Shown: positions 38,232-47,686 of the stretch, piece after piece | How positions within the stretch are numbered: position 1 is the stretch's first letter | How the letters are laid out: each line of letters starts with the position of its first letter | Source: Escherichia phage ManiWeber_Bas99 | Reading direction: 5' to 3' (one strand) | Sequence record: PQ850618.1 | Length of the DNA: 64,000 bases | Translations under genes and position numbers: made by a program | The notes under the pieces: model-generated | What the model was told of the DNA's origin: nothing | The model's input: the letters and a program-made list of their open reading frames with translations, nothing else | Database searches by the model: none

Positions 38232-39227
38232 TTATTTATTAGCAATATAAGCAAATTTTTGATAGTTATTTGCTTTGATGAGTTTTTCAACTTCAACAAG
38301 GTCATGAGCAACGTCATCAAGCAAAATGTTTCGCCAAGTAGCGAATCGACCGACACTAAATACGTTCAAATCCATGGTCAGCTGTAGGAGTAGAGCGTGT
38401 CGCAAGTCTTTCGGAATGTCGACAATCTTGCCATACTTCTGGTCGACCTTTTCAACTTCTTCGAGAGCGATGTCACTCCATGAGAGGCCAAAGGCCGTCA
38501 ACACTTCGTCGACTTCTGCGCGCAGCTTGATGTCACGGTAACGAGTAATGCCGCCAGCGGCTTCAACTGCGGCTTCACTTACGCTAACCAAAGGAATTGT
38601 TTCAATGATCAGCGTGTCACCAGTGATTGATGCGCGGTAAGTTCTGACGGAGTAGTCAGGAAAGTAAATGGTTTGATACAGTTCACACTTGCGTTTAATC
38701 TTAAAGCGGTAAACACGAATGTTTGCCTTGTCGAATGAGAAATCAATCTTTTGATCAATCCCAGCAAGCTTCATTATGACTGGCAGCGGCGATGTGTTGA
38801 TGATTGGCGTCTCGCTATAGCCGCAAAGAGTATCAACAGGAGTATTAAAGAATATGCGGTCACCCAGTTTGTCGACAAGCTGATCATAAAAGTCATCAGG
38901 CGCAATATAACGCGTTGCAGTTTTAAGCTTCATGATTGAACGGCTGCCAAACTGATTGGTGACCTTCATGGAATACATATTGGCAAGGTTGATTGGGCAA
39001 TGGTCGTGGTAGTAGTTGCCGCGAAAATACACAGCCTTGTCAACTGTCACGGCTTTAAAAGGGATTCCGGTAATACGGCTTACTTCTTCGCTGCGAAAGC
39101 GTAGCAATGCCTTGTGCTGTGGCGCTCGCTCCCCTGCTTCGTACACAATAGAGTTCGGGAAGTGACACGCGGTAATAAGTCCTGCCAAACCGCCGCCGAT
39201 AATCATTACAGGTTGTTTCATGTTCAT
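38232..39227 (-). CDS. FAD/NAD(P)-binding oxidoreductase (possibly Glf-like)
   Basis: 331 aa; N-terminal Rossmann motif VMIIGGGLAGL; C-terminal ...GRFATWRNILLDDV... resembles UDP-galactopyranose mutase-type flavoenzymes. Confidence 0.5.
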   Translation of the reverse strand: MNMKQPVMIIGGGLAGLITACHFPNSIVYEAGERAPQHKALLRFRSEEVSRITGIPFKAVTVDKAVYFRGNYYHDHCPINLANMYSMKVTNQFGSRSIMKLKTATRYIAPDDFYDQLVDKLGDRIFFNTPVDTLCGYSETPIINTSPLPVIMKLAGIDQKIDFSFDKANIRVYRFKIKRKCELYQTIYFPDYSVRTYRASITGDTLIIETIPLVSVSEAAVEAAGGITRYRDIKLRAEVDEVLTAFGLSWSDIALEEVEKVDQKYGKIVDIPKDLRHALLLQLTMDLNVFSVGRFATWRNILLDDVAHDLVEVEKLIKANNYQKFAYIANK

Positions 39228-39311
39228 TTGTCCTTTGTGGGTGATATGAGAAGTATAATAGCTAAATTATTTTACAGCAACAAGTCATTTCTATTTAGTA
39301 CAGACGAAAAA

Positions 39312-39338
39312 AAGACCCACAACAAGTGTGGGTCAATT
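39312..39338 (-). terminator. Rho-independent terminator (minus strand)
   Basis: Minus-strand reading GACCCACACTTGTTGTGGGTCTTTTTTTC: 8-bp stem plus T7. Confidence 0.6.
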
Positions 39339-39362
39339 ACCGCTATATAACCGTCCTACAGG

Positions 39363-40208
39363 TTATTCCGCTTGATCACCGTCTTCAGCATCGTCGTTGG
39401 ATTCAACATCGACAAACTCGATGTGACCCATCTCTTCCAGCTTGCTCAGGTAGGAGCGAACGGAAGCGCCAAACAGTTGATCTTTAACTTTTTCGCCCAG
39501 CTCATCGATAGACTGTGCCACACCAACTTCGCCTTCTTTGATCGCCGCCAGAACGCGTCCACGGGTGGAATGCTCTTGCGGCTGGCTCAGGCCGTTGCCA
39601 GTGTAGATGAAGTGAGTGGCTTTTGCACGACGCTGACCGTTTGCCTTTTTAGCAGCCTTACGTTCTGCGATGGCTTTGCGACGTTCTTCAGCTTCTTTCT
39701 TACGCTGTTCTTTCTGCTGTTCTGCAGCTTCTTTAGCCGCAATCTTAGCAGCTTCACGCTCTGCCTTGCGTTTCGCTTTAGCTTCTTCTTTGGCCTTTTC
39801 TTTTTCGGCCTTCGCTGCAGCACGGGCTTGATCACGCTCTGCTTTCTTGGCCGCAGCCTGCTCAGCTTTCAGGCGCTTGGCTTCTTCTTTAGCCTTTGCC
39901 TTTTCGATTTCTTTTGCTGCTTTAGCGGCTTCACGCTCTGCTTTCTTAGCAGCAGCCTTTTCTGCACGCTCTTTAGCTTTCTTAGCTGCTTCTTCAGCAC
40001 GCTTCTGAGCCTTCTCATCAGCAGCCTGCTTGCGTTTCAACGCAGCTTCTTCACGCTTGGCTTGTTTTTCCTGCTCACGCTTCTGGCGTTTTTCTTCGGC
40101 TTCTTTCTTTTTAGCCAGGCGTTTTTCTTCAGCCACGCGACGACGTTCTGCTGCGGCTGCTTGTTTTTCTTCTTTAGATAATACTTTGATTGCTTCGGCC
40201 ATATTCAC
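39363..40208 (-). CDS. K/E/A-rich charged helical protein with small C-terminal globular domain
   Basis: 281 aa; about 190 aa of (A/E/K/R)-only repeats consistent with a single long alpha helix or TolA/histone-H1-like tail. Confidence 0.5.
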   Translation of the reverse strand: MNMAEAIKVLSKEEKQAAAAERRRVAEEKRLAKKKEAEEKRQKREQEKQAKREEAALKRKQAADEKAQKRAEEAAKKAKERAEKAAAKKAEREAAKAAKEIEKAKAKEEAKRLKAEQAAAKKAERDQARAAAKAEKEKAKEEAKAKRKAEREAAKIAAKEAAEQQKEQRKKEAEERRKAIAERKAAKKANGQRRAKATHFIYTGNGLSQPQEHSTRGRVLAAIKEGEVGVAQSIDELGEKVKDQLFGASVRSYLSKLEEMGHIEFVDVESNDDAEDGDQAE

Positions 40209-40269
40209 AGTCCTTAAATAAATTAGTTTATTTTATATTCCCCGTTTGGGATAACTTAATTATGCCTTC

Positions 40270-40308
40270 AGTTGCCGCCAGTAGCAACTAAAAACTATGG
40301 CGGCAATG
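40270..40308. promoter_or_regulatory. Inverted repeat TTGCCGCCA-(17)-TGGCGGCAA (operator or terminator candidate)
   Basis: Perfect 9-bp inverted repeat between the helicase gene and the K/E-rich gene. Confidence 0.3.
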
Positions 40309-40361
40309 CCACTTTAATTAAACTGATTTTCAGTTTTATTTTTCGTAAATTTACGTCAACA

Positions 40362-41546
40362 TTAACGCGCTTTCAAATCACGGTACACGGTCAGATTCTT
40401 CTTAGCACGGGTGATAGCGGTGTACATCATCTTGGAGTACGGAACGCCGCGCAAGATTTCTTCCAGCACGCACACATTGTCCCACTCGCTGCCTTGCGAT
40501 TTGTGCACCGTGATGACATAGCCGTAGTCCATCCCGCCAACAGCACGTTGCGCTTCTTTGCGCACTTCCTGATCAGTAGAGAAGGAAAGAGGATTAATCT
40601 TTACCTTTATATCTTTACCATCAGTCAATGAACGCAAGTTGACATACATTATTTCATTCGACTCATCTTCATCCCTTTCAAAGTCCGGCACTGGCTCATA
40701 GCTAATAACAATCCCTTGCTCGCCATTACAGAATCCTGGCCCGTGCTGGTTGAAGGTGCAAATAACTTTCTCGCCGATTCCTGGCATTGGCGTTATACGT
40801 CCGCTCACTTGCCGTAATAATGAATTCCATTTATCTTTGGTGCTATTATAGGAGCAAATAATTTGATCATCTTCGCCCATGAATTTCTTCAATGCAGTAA
40901 CGCGCGGCGATTCTGCCAATACTTTGACGTCATCGTATTCACGCGGAGGAAGGCGGTTGCCTTGGCGCACGAAGAAGGAGGCGCGGATTATATTGGACTC
41001 TTTCCCTTGCCGCATGATTTCTGTTAACAGTACGTCAACGGCATCTTCAGTAAAGTAGGCGGCGGCTTTTACCGGAGGGACTTGTCCAATGTCGCCTAAT
41101 GCCAGGACAGGGATGCGGTGATCAAGAAGGCGCTCTGTGTCCCACTCGCCAACCATCGACGCTTCATCGAGTACAACAAGGTGCGGCCTTTCATCCAGCT
41201 TTGACTTTCTCGAAAAGATTGGCTCATTGTCGTCATTTACGCCGCGCACGTTATAGATGAACTGGTGAAGGGTCTTAGCGCCACGACAGCCTTTTTGCTT
41301 TAATCGGCTTGCAGCCTTTCCGGTCGGCGCAATATAGATAGCTCCATACTCACCGACACAACGGCGCACAATCTCGCGAGCAATAGAGGTTTTACCAGTT
41401 CCTGCATAGCCAGCGATGAAAAACACGCGCTTCGTCGTTTTACCGTCCTGCAATCGCTTGTACCATGCAACGGCTTTCTCGATGGCGTCGATTTGTTGCG
41501 CGTTAAACTGAATCACTGGCTCATCATTAAATTCTGGAATGTTCAT
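40362..41546 (-). CDS. Dda/RecD-like SF1 DNA helicase
   Basis: 394 aa; Walker A GYAGTGKTS, Walker B VVLDEASMV, C-terminal VITVHKSQGSEWD motif. Confidence 0.75.
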   Translation of the reverse strand: MNIPEFNDEPVIQFNAQQIDAIEKAVAWYKRLQDGKTTKRVFFIAGYAGTGKTSIAREIVRRCVGEYGAIYIAPTGKAASRLKQKGCRGAKTLHQFIYNVRGVNDDNEPIFSRKSKLDERPHLVVLDEASMVGEWDTERLLDHRIPVLALGDIGQVPPVKAAAYFTEDAVDVLLTEIMRQGKESNIIRASFFVRQGNRLPPREYDDVKVLAESPRVTALKKFMGEDDQIICSYNSTKDKWNSLLRQVSGRITPMPGIGEKVICTFNQHGPGFCNGEQGIVISYEPVPDFERDEDESNEIMYVNLRSLTDGKDIKVKINPLSFSTDQEVRKEAQRAVGGMDYGYVITVHKSQGSEWDNVCVLEEILRGVPYSKMMYTAITRAKKNLTVYRDLKAR

Positions 41547-41872
41547 TATAACTCCACTACGCTTTCAAGGTCCAGATATACTGGAATAAAATGGCAATCT
41601 TCTTTTCGTTCAAACATCTCACCATCAACATGGCTGAAGAAAACAGTCGTGTTTGGTATCTTCCATCCTTTCTCGTCGCGCACTAAGTACGCCATGGATT
41701 CAACAGGGATGTACAGCGATACCGGATTTGCGGCAAAAATAAATTTGATTCTGTCTGGCTGACCCAGGAATCGCATGATTGTTAGGCTTGAGTTCATTCG
41801 GGTATTAAGGAAGGACTCAACGATGCCGACGTGTGTTGCACGTTCGCGTTGCTTCGTATCTTTTTCGTTCAT
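41546..41872 (-). CDS. Hypothetical protein
   Basis: 108 aa; coupled to the helicase gene. Confidence 0.3.
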   Translation of the reverse strand: MNEKDTKQRERATHVGIVESFLNTRMNSSLTIMRFLGQPDRIKFIFAANPVSLYIPVESMAYLVRDEKGWKIPNTTVFFSHVDGEMFERKEDCHFIPVYLDLESVVEL

Positions 41873-41973
41873 TTCAGGCGACCTTTGTTAGTGCGGAAAT
41901 ATTTTCTGATAGTATAATTGCAGATATAGTATAAAGCAAAGTAAATCGAAATTGTGAACTAAATGGTAAATAT

Positions 41974-42006
41974 TGTTGACTTTGTATCACTCAATATTAT
42001 ACTGCA
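41974..42006 (+). promoter_or_regulatory. Sigma70-like promoter for the primase operon
   Basis: TTGACT-(16)-TATACT in the divergent intergenic region upstream of 42033. Confidence 0.45.
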
Positions 42007-42032
42007 GGTATTGATCACCGAAGGAAAGAAAG

Positions 42033-43115
42033 ATGGCTAGTTTAAGAGAAGAAGCAAAAATAATCGAAGAGTTTTTAACAGAACTCCAAAGAGGCATTCC
42101 AGAAGATGAGCGCGTCATGACGGTGTTTGCGCCTGAAGCAACGGTGCAGACTGACGAGCGCGGCAAGAAGATTAACAGCAGCTTCTGGCCTAAGCCTTGG
42201 AAGTTGGGCAAGCCGCTCATGCAGCACCAAAACGGCTATGCCTGCATCAGTTCAATGCGTAAGTCTCCCAACCCGAAGACGGGTGAGATGCGATACTGGC
42301 GTACAGAGTCAGCCTTTGGTCACGGTATGGCGATGATGGTCGACGACATCGGTCACGGTAAAGGGTCCAAAGGCGATTTAGATTTGGAATTCTTTTTCGA
42401 GCGACTGAAGCCGACTGTCATTGTCGAGACGTCACCGAACAACCACCAGCTGTGGTACTTCTTTAAAGAACCAATTGACCATCTTATTCAGTTCAAAGCA
42501 TTCCTTGGGTCTTTCGTAAACATGGTACTCAAGAAGGGCGGCGACAACACGATTAAAGACGTAACGCGCGTGGGCCGTGTTCCTGGGTGCATCAACAACA
42601 AGCGCGTGACTCACGACGGCCCCTATAAATATGTCGATGAGAACGGCGACCCGTTCCGCTGCCGACTTGTCCATGCAGATTACTCCTTGCGCTACACCAT
42701 CGAAGACATTTGTCAGGCATTCGGCTTTCACGTTGTAATGCCGCAAAAGCGTGAGATTCAAATTGACGTCGATGAATACAAATACGATGCTGTTTGGTAT
42801 AAGATAGCCCAGCAGATTCTAGCGCGCAACAAGATGGGTGAAGGGTCTGATGGCGACGTTATCGAGAATATGTCAGGTAAGTGTCGCATAATCTGTCCTT
42901 GGGGTGAAGAGCACACCAACGGCGACCCGTATGGCGCTTACTTTCGCGGCCCTATCCCTGGTGCAGAACATGAATTTGTGTTCGGTTGCGCCCACGACTG
43001 TCACCGGAAAGGGGAAGGCAAGAAAGGTTGGACCGCTTTTGTTGAAGCAATCGTCATGCCTTATATTGAGAATCAACTTGACATGATAAATCGTCGTGCA
43101 GGTGGCATAAAATAG
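42033..43115 (+). CDS. Primase, archaeo-eukaryotic (AEP/PrimPol-like) type
   Basis: 360 aa; acidic MMVDDIGHG motif, ETSPNNHQLWYFF motif, C-terminal Cys/His cluster CPWGEEH...CAHDCH. Confidence 0.5.
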   Translation: MASLREEAKIIEEFLTELQRGIPEDERVMTVFAPEATVQTDERGKKINSSFWPKPWKLGKPLMQHQNGYACISSMRKSPNPKTGEMRYWRTESAFGHGMAMMVDDIGHGKGSKGDLDLEFFFERLKPTVIVETSPNNHQLWYFFKEPIDHLIQFKAFLGSFVNMVLKKGGDNTIKDVTRVGRVPGCINNKRVTHDGPYKYVDENGDPFRCRLVHADYSLRYTIEDICQAFGFHVVMPQKREIQIDVDEYKYDAVWYKIAQQILARNKMGEGSDGDVIENMSGKCRIICPWGEEHTNGDPYGAYFRGPIPGAEHEFVFGCAHDCHRKGEGKKGWTAFVEAIVMPYIENQLDMINRRAGGIK

Positions 43116-43173
43116 TTTGCTTTTATTTTTATAGCAACTATAATCATTTTATGAACTGAAGCAGAGGTGGTTT

Positions 43174-43320
43174 ATGCAAAGCGAAGAATTGAACATCGAG
43201 GTTGAAGGTCTGTTAAAGGCGTTAGAACCTAAACCAGTAGAGCTTCCGACCCTTCAAGGCGTCATGGCTCACCATCAAGCGGCTGCGGCCCAATACTACT
43301 CTGAATTTGTTAAGGAATAA
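43174..43320 (+). CDS. Small ORF (about 48 aa) not in the ORF track
   Basis: ATG after AGAGGTGG; fills the gap before 43324; coordinates approximate. Confidence 0.25.
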   Translation: MQSEELNIEVEGLLKALEPKPVELPTLQGVMAHHQAAAAQYYSEFVKE

Positions 43321-43323
43321 AAG

Positions 43324-43614
43324 ATGAACGAACCAAAAATGATGACTGTTGAAGAAGCGCAAAAGCTTCGTGTTGAAAACGAGCTTAAGCTTGTCAACCA
43401 GATTCTTCCCTTGTTTGCAGGCTACGCAGTGGAAGAAGTTGTTGGTGCAATCCTTAACGTATCCACGCATGTAGCTATGAATCTCCAGGCCGAACGATTC
43501 AACACGCTGCTGACTATTAAAAACCTTACGGTCAGTGCAACATTCACCGTTGAGCCAGTCAATTTTGACGAAGCTTCAGCCGCGATTCAACAGCAAAGAG
43601 ATCAAGAGGTGTAG
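43324..43614 (+). CDS. Hypothetical protein
   Basis: 96 aa ORF. Confidence 0.3.
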   Translation: MNEPKMMTVEEAQKLRVENELKLVNQILPLFAGYAVEEVVGAILNVSTHVAMNLQAERFNTLLTIKNLTVSATFTVEPVNFDEASAAIQQQRDQEV

Positions 43615-43615
43615 C

Positions 43616-43879
43616 ATGGGCGCTTTCCGTAACGAGTTCATCTGGAACGTTACCAGCAATCTCTCGACTTGTCCTAACTGTGCGAGCGATGTTATCAAGG
43701 TGCGGCAGCATCGCAACGCGGAGGAAGGTGCCTGGGAAGATGGCGACCTTGTAGAGTGCCAGTGCTGCTCTCATGAAGGTGTTGTTGAGCTTCAAGCTGG
43801 TGAAGGTTGCCCACCAGCAGAACGCACGGCACGCGTTGAATGGGATGCGACAGACTCCATTGGTGATCCTCAACAGTAA
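43616..43879 (+). CDS. Zinc-ribbon protein
   Basis: ATG after AGAGGTG; CPNC...CQCC Cys pairs. Confidence 0.35.
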   Translation: MGAFRNEFIWNVTSNLSTCPNCASDVIKVRQHRNAEEGAWEDGDLVECQCCSHEGVVELQAGEGCPPAERTARVEWDATDSIGDPQQ

Positions 43880-43998
43880 ATTTAGGTATAGATACTTATG
43901 AAAGCCGTAAAGAAATACACATTAATCATTTCCCTTGTCATCATCCTGGGGCTATTATATGTATTGGATATGGCATATTATTTGGCAGGGGTGAGTGG

Positions 43999-44289
43999 AT
44001 GAATATTGTAATTCTTTATGGTGAAAATATCAGCGATGACGACATCGAAGTTGCCGTTGATGTTTACGGTATCGATGAGGTGAAACGTGTTGAAGAAATT
44101 AGTGGCGCAAATCTCAATGAGATTGTCAAAGAAACTGGCTGCCCTTCGGAAGAGATTCTGGTGGTTACTAACGATGACCTGTCTTCTATGGATCATTTGC
44201 GCCGCATCTTCACCGATTGCCAATACCTTCATGCTGTTCAATCAGTAAACAAATTGAGAAAGGCATACGCCAACCAATTTCCTTGCTGA
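43999..44289 (+). CDS. Hypothetical protein
   Basis: 96 aa ORF. Confidence 0.3.
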   Translation: MNIVILYGENISDDDIEVAVDVYGIDEVKRVEEISGANLNEIVKETGCPSEEILVVTNDDLSSMDHLRRIFTDCQYLHAVQSVNKLRKAYANQFPC

Positions 44290-44425
44290 TAGTTCACCAG
44301 TTATATTGCTTTAAATTGAGTTTTACTATATTAATATACAACGCCAGATTTCTGGCGTTTATTTACCGCACCCTGAAAGGATATATCCATGCAACAATAT
44401 AACAAAGCCGTATCAGGAGGATTAA

Positions 44426-46096
44426 ATGTCAATTAATAATGACAATCTTCCAGAGGATACAGGTGATGAATTTGGTGCAATCTTTGACGAAATTCAAGAT
44501 GCAGGCGTTTCGGAAGAAATGCAGGCAGCAGAGCAGCAAGGCACCAGAGCTAAAATCAGCCTTCAACATAAAGCCGTTGAAAAAGATTCAGAGCGCATGG
44601 AATGCTACGGTGAAGAAGACTTGGTTGAAAGAGCACGCTTGCTCGCCTCACTTCAGGTAATCAAGTTCCCTCACTACAAGCCTACCAAAGATGACTTCGT
44701 TCTACAGGCAGACCGGACGAGTGACATGAACCGTTATGCGGTTTTCGACGCGTTGTTTGATAAGGGAAGTGGCATTGTTCCATTCCCTCACAAAGATACT
44801 TTTCGTGGGCGCTTAGTCGACCATCGCGGCGAAACATTCACTGACCGTACCTTGGAAGTCACAGAGATAGTTGCCGCTGTCGACGCAGCAGGGCTGTCCA
44901 ACCCAAACTCACGTCAGGTCGCTCAATCCTATAAGGAATGGGCCATGCGTTATCAGCGCGACGACCTGATGGACTTCTTCTACAAGAAGCTGCCTGAATG
45001 GGACGGTACTGCGCGCATCGAGAAATACCTTATCGAGCTATTCCGACCGTTCGATACAGAGTTAAACCGACGAATCGGTGTGTATTTTTGGCTATCGCTC
45101 TATAACCGCCTGACCAACCCTGGCTGTCAAGCGCCAATCTCCATCGCGCTCATCGGCGGCCAGAACGCAGGGAAGAGTTATTTTAGCAAGCTGCTTTGCG
45201 AAGCTATTATGAACGACCGCCACGCAACACCGATTCCGTTGAACTTAGCCGCGCAAAACTTCAACCCGTTCTTGCGCGCCATCACGGGTCGCTCCATTAT
45301 CGCGAACGTTGGCGAGATGACAGGCTTTAAAAAGGCTGACATCGAAAACATGAAAGCATTCCTGACTAAGACGGAAGACGACCTGGACTTCAAATTTGAA
45401 GATACACAGGTTAAACCACGCCAGTGGATTGCTATTATGGACGGCAACGAATACGCAGGCATGCAGCGTGATGACACGGGCAACCGTCGTGTGTATCCTA
45501 TCTTTGTTGGCCAACTTGCCGACAAGGACGGGCAGCCGAACTGGTCGAAAGACTTCCAAGCTGACCTTTCCACTTTGAAAGAAGACGTTTGGCAGTTGAT
45601 GGCTGAGTGCGCTGCGTGGATGGAGAAGCACGGCGAAGCAGGCTATAACGCGTTTGTTGGTGAAACATCTCGCATGCTTACTGAGTTCAGTAAAAACGAA
45701 ATGGAACGCGCTCGCGGCGTTATCCGTGATGAGATGGTTGACAACGACCTTGTTGAAGTCGTCATCACCGCGCCTTATGACCGACATCACAGCGGACGCT
45801 GGCACATCACCAGTGGTGCTATTGCTATGGGATTCAGAGCGAAGTGTGGCAAGTCGCCTTTCTCTCGTACCCTTGCGCCACACATGTCGAAGCTTGGTTT
45901 TGAGCCTGCAACCTATCGCAACCAGCGCGGTTACTTTACGCCGCTGATTAAGAATGAAGCAGGAGAATACATTTCTGATTTGATGACCATCTTAGCGTAT
46001 CTTATTCGCGATGAGTCTGACCCTGAAGATATTGAATTCTTGAAGAAGGTTATCGAGCGTAAACGTTCTTTGGGAAGAGATAAGGATGAATTCTGA
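44426..46096 (+). CDS. VirE-like / primase-associated P-loop NTPase
   Basis: 556 aa; Walker A LIGGQNAGKS; size and architecture resemble VirE/D5-type helicases. Confidence 0.5.
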   Translation: MSINNDNLPEDTGDEFGAIFDEIQDAGVSEEMQAAEQQGTRAKISLQHKAVEKDSERMECYGEEDLVERARLLASLQVIKFPHYKPTKDDFVLQADRTSDMNRYAVFDALFDKGSGIVPFPHKDTFRGRLVDHRGETFTDRTLEVTEIVAAVDAAGLSNPNSRQVAQSYKEWAMRYQRDDLMDFFYKKLPEWDGTARIEKYLIELFRPFDTELNRRIGVYFWLSLYNRLTNPGCQAPISIALIGGQNAGKSYFSKLLCEAIMNDRHATPIPLNLAAQNFNPFLRAITGRSIIANVGEMTGFKKADIENMKAFLTKTEDDLDFKFEDTQVKPRQWIAIMDGNEYAGMQRDDTGNRRVYPIFVGQLADKDGQPNWSKDFQADLSTLKEDVWQLMAECAAWMEKHGEAGYNAFVGETSRMLTEFSKNEMERARGVIRDEMVDNDLVEVVITAPYDRHHSGRWHITSGAIAMGFRAKCGKSPFSRTLAPHMSKLGFEPATYRNQRGYFTPLIKNEAGEYISDLMTILAYLIRDESDPEDIEFLKKVIERKRSLGRDKDEF

Positions 46097-46743
46097 TGAA
46101 TAAAGCAATCAACATCGCTAAATTCTTTCAACATCTTGGTGAACTGAACAAAGAAAGTGATGTTCATGGCGAAGAAATGAACCGGATGATTTCAACCGTG
46201 TTGCGTGGCTTTGGTTATGATAAGGACTCAATCACTTGCAAGCGCACAAAGCTTGTCGATGAGTCTTATCTTTACTACGTAGAGTTGCGCATCGGGAAAG
46301 ATGTGATGATCATTGACCCTAAACTGGAAGGGGCGCACTGTTTTGGCGCTCACCCTCGTGCGAGTGAATTCAAGGGTCGCGGTCGCAACCGAATCCAAAA
46401 GCTTGATGATGCAGGCGACTTGAACATTGCTATGTTCCTTAAAGAGTTCCTTGCGCTACCGAAGGTTGCATCATCCACTGGTCGTGATGACCCTTGCAAG
46501 ATTGGATTCCGAACTAAAGATTTGCGCAATGCGCTACGCAAGAAGGGATTTGTGCCTTCTTATGACAATGTCGCCGCGCTGATGGCTTCAATGGAGGAAG
46601 CTGAAGCGATGGACAAGGTGCGCGGCTATTTCCTGAATACAGGCTTCACCATGTATGAATGGCACACGAAGGGATTGACTGTCGCCGACTTCATCTATTC
46701 ATTAGAGCAGAAGTATGTACGCAATATGCAGGCCACAGGATAA
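46096..46743 (+). CDS. Hypothetical protein
   Basis: 215 aa ORF coupled to the upstream gene. Confidence 0.3.
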   Translation: MNKAINIAKFFQHLGELNKESDVHGEEMNRMISTVLRGFGYDKDSITCKRTKLVDESYLYYVELRIGKDVMIIDPKLEGAHCFGAHPRASEFKGRGRNRIQKLDDAGDLNIAMFLKEFLALPKVASSTGRDDPCKIGFRTKDLRNALRKKGFVPSYDNVAALMASMEEAEAMDKVRGYFLNTGFTMYEWHTKGLTVADFIYSLEQKYVRNMQATG

Positions 46744-46782
46744 TTATCATCAAAATATTTGCTTTTCTGACGAGGTGATATT

Positions 46783-47007
46783 ATGATTAATTTAGACAGG
46801 ATTGAGTTAGCACTTAGTACCTTAATCAAATATTACCAGTTTGCTTTTAAGGCTAGTTTGTTTGGCTTGTTCAATCCTCATCAAGCAGCAAAGGCGCGAA
46901 GCAATGCCAACCGCCTGCGCTGCACTGGTATAGTCATCCATGACCGGATATTGACAGAGGGTAGATTCAGCCATGAATACACAGGGGAGAATAACAAATC
47001 AACGTAG
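46783..47007 (+). CDS. Hypothetical small protein
   Basis: 74 aa ORF; overlaps the next ORF by 35 nt in another frame. Confidence 0.25.
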   Translation: MINLDRIELALSTLIKYYQFAFKASLFGLFNPHQAAKARSNANRLRCTGIVIHDRILTEGRFSHEYTGENNKST

Positions 47008-47182
47008 GGCTTTACAAGTCCTCATCCACTACCTGTCACGCCTTTATCCAACGGCGCACGAGCAGAATCCAGAAACTGGTCATCTGTTTAAGCGCCGTAA
47101 CCTTTCGCTAAAAACATTCGCTTTAATCCAATATGACCGCTACCTGGACGGGCGCTACTGCGGCCCGAAGGATTCTCTATGA
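46973..47182 (+). CDS. Hypothetical small protein
   Basis: 69 aa ORF; RBS-like GAGGG upstream. Confidence 0.25.
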   Translation: MNTQGRITNQRRALQVLIHYLSRLYPTAHEQNPETGHLFKRRNLSLKTFALIQYDRYLDGRYCGPKDSL

Positions 47183-47457
47183 TTACTACATACAAAGTAT
47201 TCTTTGTCAAGTGCACATCATCTATTGATGACCAATTTACTGCTGGCAAGAATTATCCCGTGATTTCTGAGTCAAAGCTAGATATAATCTTGAACGATCA
47301 TGAAATCTATGAGCCGATGCCAGCGACTGCGTTTGATGTTATCGGTCACGTTCGGATTAAGACTAATGTTGATACGATGCATGATCCGTTGTTCAAGAAG
47401 CAAATCAAGAATGCCATGCAAGACTTTTGCGCGGCCATGTTTAAATATTATAAGTGA
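47179..47457 (+). CDS. Hypothetical early protein
   Basis: 92 aa ORF. Confidence 0.3.
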   Translation: MITTYKVFFVKCTSSIDDQFTAGKNYPVISESKLDIILNDHEIYEPMPATAFDVIGHVRIKTNVDTMHDPLFKKQIKNAMQDFCAAMFKYYK

Positions 47458-47464
47458 GTTGAAG

Positions 47465-47686
47465 ATGAGCAAGAAAACCCTTAAGGCTGGCGACCGTATC
47501 CGTTGGGTGTCAGGACAGCACATGCGTGCCGGCACCATCCTTGAGCTGGATGAATACCTTACCGATTCTCGCGGTCGCAATCATTACCGTGTAAGAATCG
47601 ATACAGTAAAAGAAGATGACAAATCAATGGTTGGTGAAGTGGTCATCGTTACTCCACGTCAAATTAAGGCGGCTTGTGAAGCATGA
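47465..47686 (+). CDS. Hypothetical early protein
   Basis: Internal ATG of track ORF 47300-47686; about 73 aa. Confidence 0.35.
   Translation: MSKKTLKAGDRIRWVSGQHMRAGTILELDEYLTDSRGRNHYRVRIDTVKEDDKSMVGEVVIVTPRQIKAACEA

Noticed and set aside
39372-40181. 269-aa plus-strand ORF of F/L/S-rich repeats
   Set aside because: It is the antisense of the K/E/A-rich repeat gene; reverse complements of GAA/AAG/GCN repeats give TTC/CTT runs. It is an artefact of low complexity, not a gene.
45245-45883. 212-aa minus-strand ORF inside the VirE-like gene
   Set aside because: Antisense to a gene with a clear Walker A motif; no operon context on the minus strand.
46783-47182. Single frameshifted gene spanning 46783-47007 and 46973-47182
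   Set aside because: The second ORF has its own ATG with a GAGGG RBS-like motif inside the first, so two overlapping small genes is the simpler reading. A frameshift or sequencing error cannot be excluded.
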